A stretch of DNA of 64,000 nucleotides, taken from positions 8,928,001 through 8,992,000 of the forward strand of contig CM068754.1 of NCBI GenBank assembly GCA_035084275.1, read 5' to 3'. The DNA is from Hydrolagus colliei. Taxonomy: Eukaryota. Below the pieces are notes generated by a model. That model saw only the letters and a program-made list of their open reading frames with translations, had not been told where the DNA came from and searched no databases. Shown piece by piece: positions 62,233 to 64,000 of the stretch. Numbering within the stretch: position 1 is the stretch's first letter; each line of letters starts with the position of its first letter. The translations under genes were made by a program, and so were the position numbers.

Positions 62233-63377
62233 TGCATGCAATCTAGCTCATCCTAAATTCCCTGACGGACTGATGAGAATCAAAGGTAGAAAGCTATAAC
62301 TATTTAATAATTATAAGCTATAATATAAAAATTGATTATTTTAATGTGTCCTTTATTGTCAATAACCTCAGTTGCAACAAAAAGCAGCAGGCAAACTGCA
62401 CCTGCACAATTTTCGCAGTTTTTTATATGTACCTTAAGATCAATGAAAGTATGATTTTTTTTTTAAATACTTTTTTTAACAAAGCAAAGGCTGTTCAAAG
62501 GGAGCAGTGTCGCATATGTCAGCCAGTGTCAAACCACTGCCCTCACCCATTTTCTAAATGGATAACATCTCTGAGACTGATGCGGTGGTAGATCTACAAC
62601 ACATAGAGCGATGCACAATAACTCACTCCAGCAAATTGTATGGCCTGTCATAATAAAACAAGTCCTGCTCAGACTCGGTTTTGCATACAATAGCTGCATT
62701 TTCTTTTACATTGTTTTCTTGCCTTTCATTTAACATTCACAGAGTCGGGCTTCATTTGAACCAAGTTGAAAATGCGGGTTAACTACTGAGAAAGACCTCA
62801 TAGCTCATGAGTGACAAAAGAGTGTTTCACACTCATGAAAGAACCCCTGTATGTAATTCATCTCTCCTAGTGTTATGCCCTTTATATCCCACTACAGTGG
62901 CTAACTATGTTGCTATGGGGATGCTAAAGGAACAGTTTGAATGTCGAAGTGCTTAATGTAGTCCAGGGATTTCAGTGTCCAGCTACTTGTGCTCGCTAAA
63001 GATGACACTTTTCGGGTAACAGTCAAAATGCTTAAATGGATGTGTTCAACCATTCGTTTAAATTCAAGTAAGTCAAAGTATTCCTGGATCCCAATTGAAA
63101 AGCTAGACAAATACTGAAATACGAGTTAAGGGCAAAAAGAAAAGTCCTTCAGCCATCTCTAATTTGAACACAACAAGCTGCTAACCAGATGAAGGCCTAG
63201 TTCAGCACTAAACTTAAAATAGTGTAAAGGAAACAAGAGAACCATCACTGTCTTTTATTTCAGCAACCTCTCAAAATGGAACTAAACCTGAACCTGGGGT
63301 TTGATAAGAGCCTCCAGCAGATTCTATTGCAACACAATACAATTTGCTGTCAAATATCACCTCATTTGGCGGTGAAA

Positions 63378-63447
63378 TCCTGTGAAGCACTTTGAGGCAT
63401 CTCAACAACGTGATAAGGTGACAAATCAAAATGTGAGGATTAGTATA
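63378..63447 (+). mobile_element. SINE 3' tail
   Basis: ctgtgaagcactttgaggcatctc..gtgataagg..aaatgtgaggatta. Confidence 0.65.
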
Positions 63448-64000
63448 GTGCCCCAGATCAAACTTCTTAGTTTGACAATATGTTTCCCTGTGTTTCCAGT
63501 TAATTAATGTGGGTGTTTCCATTGCTCTTTATTCTGACATCTGTTGTTTCCATGTTTAATGGTAATTTACTTATTATTTCTCCTGTTCCCTTTTTCCTCC
63601 ATTAAGTTTCTCTGTCGACACCCATGTAATAGTGAGCATGTGAGATAAAACATTCATTTAAAAACACACTGAAGCAATACAAAAGTACTTTTCTTTAGAC
63701 TCTTCCAGCTGATGTCGCTTTTAGGAAGGGAAAGTGCAATCCCCATCAAAATCTAGTAAATTCTATACAATTATCCAGTTTGAACCCTGCCTGTCCAGAA
63801 GGTAGTAAACCTTTTTGTGATGACGACTGTGTGAATCCCAGGCAAATTGAAATATCAGCAATTTGGGGCATCATAGATTTTTGAATTTCAGATTGATATT
63901 TTCTGTTCATTACCAAATTTAAACTTGGCACCAAATGAAGATTTCCAGTTTTGTATTGATATGAAATAACCACCTCTCGCAAGTTTGATTTACCATGAAA

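Noticed and set aside
62244-62296. Hammerhead-ribozyme-like arrangement TAGCTC..GGA-CTGATGA..GAAA-GCTA
   Set aside because: Helix III could form, but helix II lacks the G-C closing pair and complementarity, and helix I is 3 bp and off-register by one.
62913-63110. Minus-strand 65-aa ORF as an exon of a neighbouring gene
   Set aside because: Not similar to any protein I recognise, and no convincing exon boundaries.

Overview
AT-rich vertebrate genomic DNA. The repeat content (tRNA-headed Deu-domain SINEs, L2 and CR1 LINEs, Tigger-like MITEs) suggests a cartilaginous fish such as a chimaera or shark; that assignment is an inference. The only gene I can support is a + strand TMEM33-family (Pom33/Tts1-like ER/nuclear-envelope membrane protein) gene. 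Coding exons 2-7 lie at 172-266, 807-994, 2619-2686, 14280-14413, 31085-31168 and 37236-37362. They splice into one intact frame of 231 codons plus stop, and exon 1 lies upstream of the window. The protein is quite divergent (about 60% identity by hand against my recollection of human TMEM33). It has a GT-AG U12-type minor intron, very long and repeat-poor introns, and an odd exon-2 acceptor carrying an in-frame strong-Kozak ATG. The rest is non-coding: retroposon fragments (some nested or chimeric), three copies of one MITE, hairpin clusters and CNE-like stretches. Apart from ORF 757-1017 (which contains exon 3) and a few LINE ORF2 remnants, the ORF track is noise. I found no clearly new multi-gene system. 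The best leads are the possible lost TMEM33 ohnolog and its splicing and regulatory architecture.
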